DNA from: Acidobacteriota bacterium
GTDB taxonomy: Bacteria > Acidobacteriota > Thermoanaerobaculia > Gp7-AA8
Length of the DNA: 64,000 bases
NCBI GenBank assembly: GCA_019244185.1
Contig: JAFATB010000014.1
Span: forward strand, 512,001 to 576,000
Reading direction: 5' to 3'
Shown: in pieces, positions 46,975 to 56,200 of the stretch
Position numbering within the stretch: the stretch's first letter is position 1
Layout of the letters: every line of letters begins with the position of its first letter
Position numbers and translations under genes: made by a program
The notes under the pieces: generated by a model
Seen by the model: only the letters and a program-made list of their open reading frames with translations
What the model was told of the DNA's origin: nothing
The model's database searches: none

Positions 46975-47904
46975 ATGATGGAGCAGAAGAAAAGCGTCGA
47001 CGGCGTGGTGCTCGTCGACAAGAAAGCGGGCATCACTTCCCACGACGTCGTCGAGACGTTCCGGCGGCGCGCGAAGATCAAGAAAGTCGGCCACACCGGC
47101 ACGCTCGATCCGCTCGCGACGGGCCTCCTCGTGCTGTGCGTCGGCAAGGCCACGCGCCTGCAGGCGTATCTCATGGGGATGGAGAAAACGTACGAGGGCA
47201 CGATCCAGTTCGGTTGGGCTACCGACTCGTACGACTCCACCGGCACGCCCGCGGGCGAAGCGGTCGAAACGGATGTGACCCACGTCGACTTCGCGCCGCT
47301 CGTCGACCGCTTCCGCGGCGAGATCGAGCAGATGCCACCCGCGTTTTCGGCGAAGAAGATCGACGGCGTGCGCGCGTACGAGCTCGCGCGCAAAGGCGAG
47401 GAAGTCAAACTGCAGCCGAAGCGCGTGACCATCTACGACTTTGAGCTGCTGCGCGTCGACGGCTCGCGTCTCGATTTCCGCGTGCGTTCCTCCGCCGGCA
47501 CGTACATGCGCTCACTCGCGCACGACCTCGGCCAGGCCGCCGGCATTCCCGCGCATCTCTCCGCGCTGCGCCGCACCGCCATCGGCAACTTCCGCGTCGA
47601 CGACGCGCTGCCGTACGACCGCGCCGCCGAATCGAACCTCGACGTGCTGCTCGCGAAACCGCACTTCCAGTCGCTCGCCGAGATCGACCTGCCGCTCGAG
47701 AAGCTGCGCATCGACTGGCCGCAGCAAGCCCGCCTTATGCAAGGCCAGCCCGTGATCATGGTCCCGCGCGTCCCTGTCCGCAAAGGCGATCTCCTCGCCC
47801 TCGGCAATCCGCACGATCAACTCGTTGCGATCGCCGAGGTGGTGAACGTGCTGCGGGAGGGCGGCCCGGTCGAGGTCAGGCCGAAGGTGGTTCTGGCGGG
47901 GTGA
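46975..47904 (+). CDS. truB: tRNA pseudouridine(55) synthase
   Basis: DKKAGITSHDVV, KVGHTGTLDPLATG, QMPPAFSAKKIDG, GTYMRSLAHDLG. Confidence 0.95.
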   Translation: MMEQKKSVDGVVLVDKKAGITSHDVVETFRRRAKIKKVGHTGTLDPLATGLLVLCVGKATRLQAYLMGMEKTYEGTIQFGWATDSYDSTGTPAGEAVETDVTHVDFAPLVDRFRGEIEQMPPAFSAKKIDGVRAYELARKGEEVKLQPKRVTIYDFELLRVDGSRLDFRVRSSAGTYMRSLAHDLGQAAGIPAHLSALRRTAIGNFRVDDALPYDRAAESNLDVLLAKPHFQSLAEIDLPLEKLRIDWPQQARLMQGQPVIMVPRVPVRKGDLLALGNPHDQLVAIAEVVNVLREGGPVEVRPKVVLAG

Positions 47905-48232
47905 GGGATTCGAGTTGTTCGAGGAGTTGCGGCACGGACACGGTGGCTGCTTTCCAGACGATATCCAGATTGATCGCGAAGTAATCGTGCACGAGCCGGT
48001 GCCGCATGCCGATGATGTCGGCCCACGGGATCTCGGGATGCGCGTCGATGAACGCGCGCGAGATGCGGCGCGCGGCTTCGCCGATGCTCTGGATCGCATG
48101 AGTCAGCGCAAATTGCAGCTTGACGTCGTCGTCGAGGCGCTCTCTCGTGGCGCCGGCGACGAGCGTCATCACGACGTGCGACAGATCGCGAATGTGGCCG
48201 AGAAAGACGCTGTCGTCAGTCCTGTTCGACAT
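47876..48232 (-). CDS. HepT-like HEPN ribonuclease toxin (DUF86)
   Basis: IGEAA, PEIPWADIIGMRHRLVHDY (Rx4HxY). Confidence 0.88.
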   Translation of the reverse strand: MSNRTDDSVFLGHIRDLSHVVMTLVAGATRERLDDDVKLQFALTHAIQSIGEAARRISRAFIDAHPEIPWADIIGMRHRLVHDYFAINLDIVWKAATVSVPQLLEQLESLTPPEPPSA

Positions 48233-48536
48233 ACTCGGGAATCGCCTCGCCGAGGACTCCGGCGCGCACCCAGCGGTTAATGCCGTCGAACGTGCCGAGG
48301 TCGACGCGCCGGCCGCCCAGGATCTGTGAGAGCTCGTTCGGGATCGTGCCGAAGAACTCCCAGCCCGGAATCCGATCGGGTTTGAACTCCACCAGCACAT
48401 CCACATCGCTCTCCGGCCCGAAGTCGTCGCGCACGACGCTGCCGAAGAACGAGAGCTTGCGGATGCCCCACTTGCGGCAGAATGCCGCGATCTCCTCGTG
48501 GGGGATTGGGATGGCGAGGGAGCGGGTGGCGGCCAC
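48216..48536 (-). CDS. Minimal nucleotidyltransferase antitoxin (MntA-like)
   Basis: FFGSVVRDDFGPESDVDVLVEF (GSx10DxD). Overlaps the HEPN gene. Confidence 0.9.
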   Translation of the reverse strand: MAATRSLAIPIPHEEIAAFCRKWGIRKLSFFGSVVRDDFGPESDVDVLVEFKPDRIPGWEFFGTIPNELSQILGGRRVDLGTFDGINRWVRAGVLGEAIPEYVEQD

Positions 48537-48654
48537 GGGGGGATTTTAGCGCGGCGGGCGGGATTGATTTCGGCCCGAGCCGCTGTTATGGTGTCGCGTC
48601 TTACAGCGATACGTGTATTCAGGCAACGGTTTCAACCTCTACAGGAGACGGATT

Positions 48655-48924
48655 TTGTCGACCACCAAGGAGCAGAAGTCAAATCTCATCAACCAGTATC
48701 GGGTCCATGACGCCGATACCGGATCGCCAGAAGTGCAGATTGCACTCCTCTCGAACCGCATTACCTACCTCACCGAGCACTTCAAGAGCCACACGAAGGA
48801 TCACCATTCGCGTCGCGGCCTCCTGAAGCTGGTCGGGCGGCGCCGCCGTCTTCTGGACTATCTCAAGAAGACCGACGTGGAGCGCTATCGCTCGATCATC
48901 GACAAGCTCGGCATCCGTAAGTAA
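48655..48924 (+). CDS. rpsO: 30S ribosomal protein S15
   Basis: 89 aa from TTG after [31 protein letters not shown]. Confidence 0.97.
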   Translation: MSTTKEQKSNLINQYRVHDADTGSPEVQIALLSNRITYLTEHFKSHTKDHHSRRGLLKLVGRRRRLLDYLKKTDVERYRSIIDKLGIRK

Positions 48925-48936
48925 AGCGATCCCTCT

Positions 48937-48970
48937 TCGGGGCGGGCTTCGGCCCGCCCCGACTGTTTTT
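48937..48970 (+). terminator. rpsO terminator-like hairpin
   Basis: TCGGGGCGGGC-TTCG-GCCCGCCCCGA followed by CTGTTTTT. Confidence 0.7.
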
Positions 48971-49082
48971 CAGGCTCGGAGCCTGCAGCAAAATCCCACC
49001 GGCCGGATCCCATCATTCGGCCCCAAGCGGACAAATCAACAGCACGCGGTGATGAGTGGTCGCGTGCCACCGAAGGAAATCA

Positions 49083-51500
49083 ATGGCGTACAAAAGAGAA
49101 CTGGAGATCGGCGGGAAGTCCCTGTCGCTGGAGACGGGTGCGATCGCCAAACAGGCCCATGGCTCGTGCGTGGTGCGTTACGGCGATACCGTCGTCCTCG
49201 CCACGGCCTGCTACAAAGACGGCAATGTGCTCGGCGACTTCATGCCGCTGACCGTCGACTACAAGGAGTACACCTACGCGGGCGGCCGCATCCCGGGCGG
49301 CTTCTTCAAACGCGAAGGACGTCCCACCGAGAAAGAGACCCTGACCTCGCGCCTCATCGACCGGCCGCTGCGCCCGTCGTTTCAGAAAGGCTATCGTCAG
49401 GAAACGCAGATCATCGCCCTCGTTCTGTCGGCCGACGGCGAGAACGATCCCGACGTGCTTGCGATCAACGCCGCGTCGACCGCGCTCGTGATCTCGGAGA
49501 TCCCGTTTCACAATGCGATCGGCGCGGTGCGCGTCGGCTATGTCGACGGCCAGATCGTCATCAACCCCACCAACGCGCAGCGCGATCTCTCCGACCTCGA
49601 CCTCGTCGTGGCCGGCACCGACAGCGCGATCGTGATGGTCGAAGCGGGCGCGCGTGAAGTCGACGAGAGCGTTGTCCTCGACGCGTTCGACGCCGCGCAC
49701 GCGGAGATCCGCCGCATCTGCGCGCTGCAGAATCAGCTGCGCACCGACGTCGGCAAAGAAAAGCTGAAGGTCGAGTACACCCCGAAGTTCACCGATGAGC
49801 AACTCAAGGAGCTGATGGACCAGCACGGCGCCGCGCTGCGGCAGGCCATGCTCACCACCGGCAAGCACACGCGCTACGCGGCCATCAAAGCCGTCAAGCA
49901 GCAGATCGTCGGCAGCGTCCCGGCGGAAGAACCGGAGCGTCTCGCCGCCGTCACCGCGGCGTTCGGCGAGATGGAAGTGCAGATCTTCCGCAACCTCATG
50001 CTGCAGGAAAACATGCGCGTCGACGGCCGCCGCTTCGACGAGATCCGTCCGATCTCGATCGACCTCGGCGTCCTCCCGCGCACCCACGGCTCCGCGATCT
50101 TCACCCGCGGCGAGACGCAGGCGCTCGTCACCGTGACCCTCGGCACGCCGCAGGAAGCGCAGAAGATCGAAGACTTCGAAGGCGAGACCTTCCAGCGCTT
50201 CATGCTGCACTACAACTTCCCGCCGTTCTCGGTCGGTGAAGTGAAGTTCCTGCGCGGTCCAGCGCGCCGCGAGATCGGCCACGGCAATCTCGCGCGCCGC
50301 GCGCTCGCGCCGCTGCTGCCGACCGAGGACGAGTTCGCGTACACCATCCGCATCGTCTCCGACATCCTCGAGTCGAACGGCTCGTCGTCGATGGCGTCCG
50401 TCTGCGGCGGCTCGCTCGCGCTGATGCAGGGCGGCGTGCCGATGCGCGCCGCCGTCGCCGGTGTGGCCATGGGTCTCGTCAGCAGCGACGACAACGCGAA
50501 GCAGGCCATCCTCACCGACATCGCCGGCATGGAAGACCACGAAGGCGACATGGACTTCAAGGTCGCCGGCACGCGCACCGGCATCACCGCGCTGCAGATG
50601 GATATCAAAGTAACCGGCCTCTCGCGCGAAGTCATGGCGCGCGCGCTGGAGCAGGCCAAGGCCGGCCGCCTCTACATCCTCGACCGCATGGACGCGGTGA
50701 TCGCCGAGCCGAAGACCGAGCTCTCCGAGTTCGCGCCGCGGCTCTACACGATCCAGATTCCGAAGGACCGCATCCGCGACGTCATCGGTTCGGGCGGCAA
50801 GACCATCCGCTGGATCGTCGAGGAGACCGGGACCAAGATCGACGTCGCCGACGACGGCAAGGTCACGATCGCGTCGACCGACGCGAAGTCGGCTGAGCGC
50901 GCCATCGACATCATCAAAGGTCTCACGGCCTCGCCGGAGATCGGCACCAACTACAAAGGCACGGTCAAGCGCATCGAGCCGTACGGAGCGTTCGTCGAGA
51001 TCCTGCCGGGTCAGGACGGACTGCTGCACATCAGCGAGATGGCGCACACGCGTGTCGGCCAGGTGACGGACCTCTTCCAGCTCGGCGACGAAGTGGAAGT
51101 GCAGGTTGTCGGCATCGAGCCGGAGACGGGCAAGATCCGTCTGTCGCGCAAGCCGCTCCTGCCGCCTCCCACCGAGGAGGAGCTGGCAGCCGCGCGCGAA
51201 TCGCGTGGCAATCGCCCGCCGCGTGAAGGTGGCGAAGGCGGCGGTCACCGCGGTGATCGTGGCGACCGCGGCGGACATCGCGGCGGCGATCGCGATCGCG
51301 GTCCTCGCCGTGAGGGTGGTGGTGGTGGCGGTTTCCGCGACCGTGGCCCGCGCCGCGAAGGCGGAGACCGCGGCGATCGCGGCCCGCGTCGCGAAGGCGG
51401 CGGCAACTTCCGTGAAGGCGGCGAACGTCCGCCGCGCCGCGAAGGCGGCGAGGGTGGGGGCGAGTCGTCCGGCGGCGGCGGGAACAACAATCCGCAGTGA
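49083..51500 (+). CDS. pnp: Polyribonucleotide nucleotidyltransferase
   Basis: GRIPGGFFKREG, FTRGETQAL, SNGSSSMASVC, GDMDFKVAGT, KH and S1 domains, Arg/Gly-rich tail. Confidence 0.98.
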   Translation: MAYKRELEIGGKSLSLETGAIAKQAHGSCVVRYGDTVVLATACYKDGNVLGDFMPLTVDYKEYTYAGGRIPGGFFKREGRPTEKETLTSRLIDRPLRPSFQKGYRQETQIIALVLSADGENDPDVLAINAASTALVISEIPFHNAIGAVRVGYVDGQIVINPTNAQRDLSDLDLVVAGTDSAIVMVEAGAREVDESVVLDAFDAAHAEIRRICALQNQLRTDVGKEKLKVEYTPKFTDEQLKELMDQHGAALRQAMLTTGKHTRYAAIKAVKQQIVGSVPAEEPERLAAVTAAFGEMEVQIFRNLMLQENMRVDGRRFDEIRPISIDLGVLPRTHGSAIFTRGETQALVTVTLGTPQEAQKIEDFEGETFQRFMLHYNFPPFSVGEVKFLRGPARREIGHGNLARRALAPLLPTEDEFAYTIRIVSDILESNGSSSMASVCGGSLALMQGGVPMRAAVAGVAMGLVSSDDNAKQAILTDIAGMEDHEGDMDFKVAGTRTGITALQMDIKVTGLSREVMARALEQAKAGRLYILDRMDAVIAEPKTELSEFAPRLYTIQIPKDRIRDVIGSGGKTIRWIVEETGTKIDVADDGKVTIASTDAKSAERAIDIIKGLTASPEIGTNYKGTVKRIEPYGAFVEILPGQDGLLHISEMAHTRVGQVTDLFQLGDEVEVQVVGIEPETGKIRLSRKPLLPPPTEEELAAARESRGNRPPREGGEGGGHRGDRGDRGGHRGGDRDRGPRREGGGGGGFRDRGPRREGGDRGDRGPRREGGGNFREGGERPPRREGGEGGGESSGGGGNNNPQ

Positions 51501-51504
51501 ATGA

Positions 51505-51538
51505 ACGAAGGCCGGCGGCAACGCCGGCCTTCGTGTTT
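51505..51538. terminator. Hairpin terminator between convergent pnp and AraC genes
   Basis: ACGAAGGCCGGCG-GCAA-CGCCGGCCTTCGT-GTTT. Confidence 0.75.
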
Positions 51539-51551
51539 CAGCGACGCTTCG

Positions 51552-51887
51552 TTAACTGTGCGCGGACGATGCGCGCCGGTACTCATCCGGCGACATCCCC
51601 GTGCCGCGGCGGAAGGCGCGGAAGAACGTACGGCGCGTGCCGAAGCAGGAGAGGTAGCCGATGCGCGTGGTCGACAGCTTCGACGATGCGAGGAGGTTTT
51701 GCGCGAGCGCGAGTTGCTGCGCCTTGAGATAGTCGGAGAGCGCGACGCCCGTCGCGGCGGCGAAGTCGCGGCTGACTTTCTCGCGGGTCATGCCGAGCCG
51801 CTCGGCGAGGTCGGAGACGCGGGGAGGGGTTTCCGTCGCGAAGCAGTGCTGGAGGTATTGCTCGATGGCTTCGCGGATTTCCGACAT
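51552..51887 (-). CDS. Single-domain AraC-family HTH regulator
   Basis: 111 aa. LAERLGMTREKVSRDF, IGYLSCFGTRRTFFRAFRRGTGMSPDEYR. Confidence 0.85.
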   Translation of the reverse strand: MSEIREAIEQYLQHCFATETPPRVSDLAERLGMTREKVSRDFAAATGVALSDYLKAQQLALAQNLLASSKLSTTRIGYLSCFGTRRTFFRAFRRGTGMSPDEYRRASSAHS

Positions 51888-51967
51888 TCGGGACAAGCTT
51901 GCCCGCGTTGCCGCGTGCGCGTGTTGACGCAGATCACAGCGTTCGCGCGCGGGATACACTCTCGCCG

Positions 51968-53167
51968 ATGCCGCGCACGCTTCGCCTCACGCTCACGCTC
52001 CTCGGCGCGCTCGCGGCGATCTACGCGCTCGTCGTGACGTGGCGGAAAAACGAGCGCGCGGCGGGTCTCGATTTCTACATCTACTTCGTCGCGTCGCAGC
52101 TGCCGGCGCGCGCGGACGTCGACAACATCTATGCGCCCGAAGTGCAGGAGCGCGTCGGCGAGGAGTATTACGAACGCGCGCTGCGCAGCGGCTCGGAACT
52201 GCGGATTTACGACGCGAAACGGCGGCGTCGGCTCGACAACGTGTCCAGTCCGTTTCTCTACACGACCTTCCGCTGGGTGAGCCGCAACTACGAGCGCGCG
52301 CTGACGCAGGACCACGTGCTGCTCCTCGCAGCGTTCGTCGCCGGCGTGCTGCTGCTCGCGCGGCGCGTGGGCGTGTCGTGGGCGGCGGCGCTCTTTCTGC
52401 TCGCGGCGCTGCTGCTGTGGTATCGCGGCTTCGAAGCGGATCTGCGCGTGGGCAACGTGAACTCGCTCCAGCTCTTCGCATGCGCCGCGATGTTGTGGGC
52501 GCCGCCGCTCGCGGCCGGCGCGATCCTCGGCGCGCTGCTCGCGTTCAAACCGAATCTGCTCGCGGTCGCGCTGCTGCTCGCATTCGCGCGCATCGCGACG
52601 CGTGAGTTTCACCGGCTGCGCATCGAGATCGCGGGCGGTGCGATCGGCGGCGCGTTCGCGTTTGTCGCGGCGTCGATCAACTTTCATTCGCCGCGTGTCT
52701 GGCTGCAGTGGATCGCGGCGGCGAATCAGTTCTGGCACCGCATTCCGACGCGCCTAGAGCGCAACGTCACGCCCGCGCTGGCGCTGTTCGAGAAGCACGG
52801 CACCGCGCCGTCATATGCGATCGCGTTCGTGCTCTTCGCGATCGCGTGCGCGGCGATCTGGCGCGGACGCCGTGCCGACGATCCGCTCGTCGTCGGCATC
52901 GGCATCCTCATCTATCTGCTGTCGGCGCCGGTCGTGTGGCTGCACTACATGGTGCTCGTCGTCCCGGTCGCGATTGCGCTGCTGCGCTGGCGCGTGACCG
53001 GCGCGATCGCGCTGCTGGCGCTGGCGATGATTGCCGAGGTTCCGTTCGAGCGGCTCACGCAGGTGCCCGCGGCGAACGTTGAGGCGATGCTGATCGCGCC
53101 GGCGCTGTTCGCGTTGTACGTCTGCGCGATCGTCAGACTCTCACAGCGAGATCCAGCCGCCGCTTGA
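51968..53167 (+). CDS. GT87/DUF2029-like polytopic membrane glycosyltransferase
   Basis: TM then DFYIY, SPF, GNVN, LAFKPN, SAPVVWLHYMVLV. About ten TMs. Confidence 0.75.
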   Translation: MPRTLRLTLTLLGALAAIYALVVTWRKNERAAGLDFYIYFVASQLPARADVDNIYAPEVQERVGEEYYERALRSGSELRIYDAKRRRRLDNVSSPFLYTTFRWVSRNYERALTQDHVLLLAAFVAGVLLLARRVGVSWAAALFLLAALLLWYRGFEADLRVGNVNSLQLFACAAMLWAPPLAAGAILGALLAFKPNLLAVALLLAFARIATREFHRLRIEIAGGAIGGAFAFVAASINFHSPRVWLQWIAAANQFWHRIPTRLERNVTPALALFEKHGTAPSYAIAFVLFAIACAAIWRGRRADDPLVVGIGILIYLLSAPVVWLHYMVLVVPVAIALLRWRVTGAIALLALAMIAEVPFERLTQVPAANVEAMLIAPALFALYVCAIVRLSQRDPAAA

Positions 53168-54187
53168 CGCCGAGCGCCGCGCCGCGTCGAGCACGCGCTG
53201 CTGCGCGAGGCCGTCCTCGAAGGTCGCCGCGGGAGCGAGCGCGTCGCGGTCGCCGTCATCGAGCGCCGCGCGCAACGCGCGCCCGAGGTGCAGCGTGCCG
53301 GTGCCGAACGCACCGCCGGGAGAATTGCCGGGACGCTGTTCCAGGGGACCGCCGCCGATGCGCTCGTACGGCTGCTGGTTGCGCGAGAGGAACACTTCCT
53401 CGCCAACGAAACGCATCGCGCCGTGCTCGCCGTGAATGGTGATCGTGGCCGCGTCGTCGGGCGCGCTCGATACCGTGCTGATCGTCAGCGCGCCTGCCGC
53501 GCCGCCGCGGAAGCGCAGGTGAATCGCCGCGAAGTCGTCCGCGGTCACCTCGCGCAGATCATCGCCGAACGGCCGCTGCGCGATGAGCGAGCGTAGCATC
53601 GCCTGCACCGCTTCGATCTCCAGTCCGAAGTAGCGCAGCGCGTCGATGAAGTGCGAGCCGACCGCGCCCCAGATTCCGCCGCCCTGCGCCGCGTCGCTCC
53701 ACCAGTTCCACGCGCGCTTCGGATCGTTTCGTGCCGGGCTCGCGTACCGCACCTCGGCATACCGCGGCGCGCCGATCGTGCCGATGCGCGCGCGTGCGTC
53801 GCGCCACGAGGGGAGGAAGCACAGCTCGTGATCGATGAGCGCGAGCTGCGACGGCCGCTGGCGCGCCGCGTCGACGAGTGCTTCCGCTTCGCCCGCGTCG
53901 AGCGCCGTCGGCTTCTCGCACAGCACATGTTTCCCCGCTTCGAGCGCGGCGAGCGCCATCGCGCGATGTTCGGACGGCGGCGTGACGATCGAGACGAGAT
54001 CGACGTCGCTCGTGACGAGTTCGCGCCAGTCGTCGTACGCCGTGAGGCTGCCGAGGTCGTCGGCCGTCTTGCGGGTTTTCTCGGGCTGCGAGCCGGCGAT
54101 TGCGACGACCTCGAGCCCCGCCTCGCGGAACGTCGGCACTTGTACGCGCGCGCCCCAGCCTGTCCCGACAATGCCGATTTTGGCCAT
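53141..54187 (-). CDS. Gfo/Idh/MocA family oxidoreductase
   Basis: IGIVGTGWG, GKHVLCEKP, GGGIWGAVGSHFID. Confidence 0.9.
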   Translation of the reverse strand: MAKIGIVGTGWGARVQVPTFREAGLEVVAIAGSQPEKTRKTADDLGSLTAYDDWRELVTSDVDLVSIVTPPSEHRAMALAALEAGKHVLCEKPTALDAGEAEALVDAARQRPSQLALIDHELCFLPSWRDARARIGTIGAPRYAEVRYASPARNDPKRAWNWWSDAAQGGGIWGAVGSHFIDALRYFGLEIEAVQAMLRSLIAQRPFGDDLREVTADDFAAIHLRFRGGAAGALTISTVSSAPDDAATITIHGEHGAMRFVGEEVFLSRNQQPYERIGGGPLEQRPGNSPGGAFGTGTLHLGRALRAALDDGDRDALAPAATFEDGLAQQRVLDAARRSASSGGWISL

Positions 54188-54198
54188 TTTTTCGATCC

Positions 54199-54217
54199 TT
54201 GGCAGCTAATTTGCCAA
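54199..54217. promoter_or_regulatory. Palindrome TTGGCA-N7-TGCCAA matching sigma54 -24/-12 on both strands
   Basis: Plus strand TGGCAGCTAATTTGC, minus strand TGGCAAATTAGCTGC. Both have GG-N10-GC. Confidence 0.5.
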
Positions 54218-54229
54218 ATTACCGCTCAG

Positions 54230-54736
54230 ATGGCTCGCCGCAGAGCGGATCTTATCGTTCCGATTCACGATCGCCGAAAACACCGGCGCTTCGTGACGCT
54301 GCGGAACTTCCGGAACACGCTGCTCGTGTTCGTGGTCTTCTTCGTCGCGCTGACGGTCGCGTCGGAGCTGCGCAAGCCGGTTTCGGGTGCATACGGGCGG
54401 CTGGTGCAGGGCGAGTTGCAGCCGGACGTCGCGCAAAAGCCGGTCGAGGTCGTGCGCGAGGCGCCGCCGCCGGTCAGCGATCAGACCGGTGCCGATCCGA
54501 TGCTGCTCGAGCCCGCGGCGCGATCGCAGTATCTGCGCGAGCTGAACACGAACGCGCCCGCGCCCGTCGAGCCGATCGCCGCCGCGCGCGCCGACACGCT
54601 GGCGACGCCCGTGTACGAGCCGCCGCCGGTGCGCGGCGAGAACGACATCGCCGTCGTCGGCGGTGCCGACGGCGTCACGGTCGTGCAGCGCTCGCACGGC
54701 AAGCCGGTGCTGTCCGGCGGCTTCGGCCGCCACTGA
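54230..54736 (+). CDS. Hypothetical bitopic membrane protein
   Basis: Basic N-terminus, one TM, Pro/Ala-rich region, ends LSGGFGRH. Confidence 0.65.
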   Translation: MARRRADLIVPIHDRRKHRRFVTLRNFRNTLLVFVVFFVALTVASELRKPVSGAYGRLVQGELQPDVAQKPVEVVREAPPPVSDQTGADPMLLEPAARSQYLRELNTNAPAPVEPIAAARADTLATPVYEPPPVRGENDIAVVGGADGVTVVQRSHGKPVLSGGFGRH

Positions 54737-54782
54737 TTGACGCCGCGTCAGTGTCTAGTGTATGGTGACACCATACACTGAC
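54737..54782 (+). promoter_or_regulatory. Promoter with YtrA-type GntR operator
   Basis: TTGACG-N18-TATGGT. Perfect palindrome AGTGTATGGTG-A-CACCATACACT at 54757-54779. Confidence 0.8.
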
Positions 54783-55160
54783 ATGCTGCTGCGCATCGAT
54801 CCCTCCGACCGCCGTCCGATCTACCGCCAGGTAGCGGACGAGATCAAGATGCTGATCGCGGGCGGCAAGCTGCGCGAAGGCGCGCCGCTCCCGTCCGTGC
54901 GGCAGCTCGCGTCCGACCTCGGGGTGAACCTCAACACGATCGCCACGGCCTATCGCGAGCTGCAGGACGAAGGGCTGATCGCCGTGCGCCACGGTTCCGG
55001 CGCGGTCGTGACGTCGCGTACCTCGCAGAGCTCCGGCGCGGAGCTGCGCCAGCCGCTGCGCACCGCGCTCACGGAGCTCGTCCTCGGCGGTCTCTCACGC
55101 CGGGAGATCCTCAACCTCGTCTCGACCGAGCTCAATGACCTGACCAAAGGAGCGAAGTGA
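54783..55160 (+). CDS. GntR-family regulator (YtrA subfamily)
   Basis: PIYRQV, LPSVRQLASDLGVNLNTIATAYREL, short C-terminal domain. Confidence 0.92.
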   Translation: MLLRIDPSDRRPIYRQVADEIKMLIAGGKLREGAPLPSVRQLASDLGVNLNTIATAYRELQDEGLIAVRHGSGAVVTSRTSQSSGAELRQPLRTALTELVLGGLSRREILNLVSTELNDLTKGAK

Positions 55161-56200
55161 TGTTCGACCCATTCGTCCTCGCCGCCTACGCATTCCTGGC
55201 CATCGTCCGCTGGCTCGGTCTGCCGCCGTTGCTGCGCCTCGCGACGCATCGCGGCCGCGACTGGTTCTTCGACGTCGAGCTCCGCGACGATCTCGCCGTG
55301 CGCGACCGTTTCGTGTGTGACTATCGCCGCGCGATGTTCGCGACGTCGATCGCGTTCGAGCTCGCGGCGCTCGCGGATCTCGTCGTCTTCCGCGCGTGGT
55401 CGCACATCCTCTACGTGCAGATGCCGCTGCTCCTCGGCGTCGGCGTGGCGCGGCGCATCGTGCTGCGCAAGTACGTGCTCACGGCGCGCGAGCGGCGCGT
55501 GCCCGCGTCCGGCGAGCGCGTCGCGTTCTCGCTCGTGCCGCGGCGTCTCGTCGATTACACGAGCCGCACGTTCGAGCTCTGCAACGCCGCCATCGCACTC
55601 GCATCGCTCGCCGTCATCGATCGCGCGGGACGCTCGCCGATGTTTCTCGTCGCGTTCCTCGTGCTCTACCTGCACGCGGGCCTGCTGCTGTGGAAAGCGC
55701 GTCTCGTGCGGCAGCGCGTCGTGCTGCCCGCCGATCGCGCGGACGAGTATCTCGAACTGGTGGACGAAGCGTTCCGCGCCGGCATGCGCACGTTCGACGG
55801 CGCGCGCTCGGTGGTGACTTTCTTCCTGTTGATGCTCGCCGTGCGCGCGACGTACTGGGACGCGTGGCGCGAGCGGACGCAGACGATCACCGCGATCGCG
55901 ATTCCCGTGCTGATGGTGGCGTGGCTCGTCGTCATGACGACGCGCGGACGCCGCGTCACCGCGACGCTGCTCGCCCGCGCGCGCGAGTTCCGCCCACCCG
56001 CGATTCCGCGCTTCACGCCCGATCCCGCGCGCCTCGGCCTCGCCGGATTCGTCTACTGGAACGCCGACGATCCCGCGGTCGTCGTCGACGGCGGTCCGCT
56101 GCGCTTGTCGATCAACGTCGCCAATCGCTACACGTACGTTTACCTCGCGTACTGGATCGTGCTCGCGCTGCAGGTGCGCGCGCTGGCGGGTGCGCTGTGA
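55157..56200 (+). CDS. Polytopic membrane protein with DUF5808-like C-terminus
   Basis: Several TMs. YWNADDPAVVV...SINVAN resembles the DUF5808 motif. Start 55157 or 55160. Confidence 0.65.
   Translation: MMFDPFVLAAYAFLAIVRWLGLPPLLRLATHRGRDWFFDVELRDDLAVRDRFVCDYRRAMFATSIAFELAALADLVVFRAWSHILYVQMPLLLGVGVARRIVLRKYVLTARERRVPASGERVAFSLVPRRLVDYTSRTFELCNAAIALASLAVIDRAGRSPMFLVAFLVLYLHAGLLLWKARLVRQRVVLPADRADEYLELVDEAFRAGMRTFDGARSVVTFFLLMLAVRATYWDAWRERTQTITAIAIPVLMVAWLVVMTTRGRRVTATLLARAREFRPPAIPRFTPDPARLGLAGFVYWNADDPAVVVDGGPLRLSINVANRYTYVYLAYWIVLALQVRALAGAL

Noticed and set aside
43499-48550. Prophage or integrative element
   Set aside because: No integrase, transposase, phage genes or flanking direct repeats seen, and codon style matches the host.
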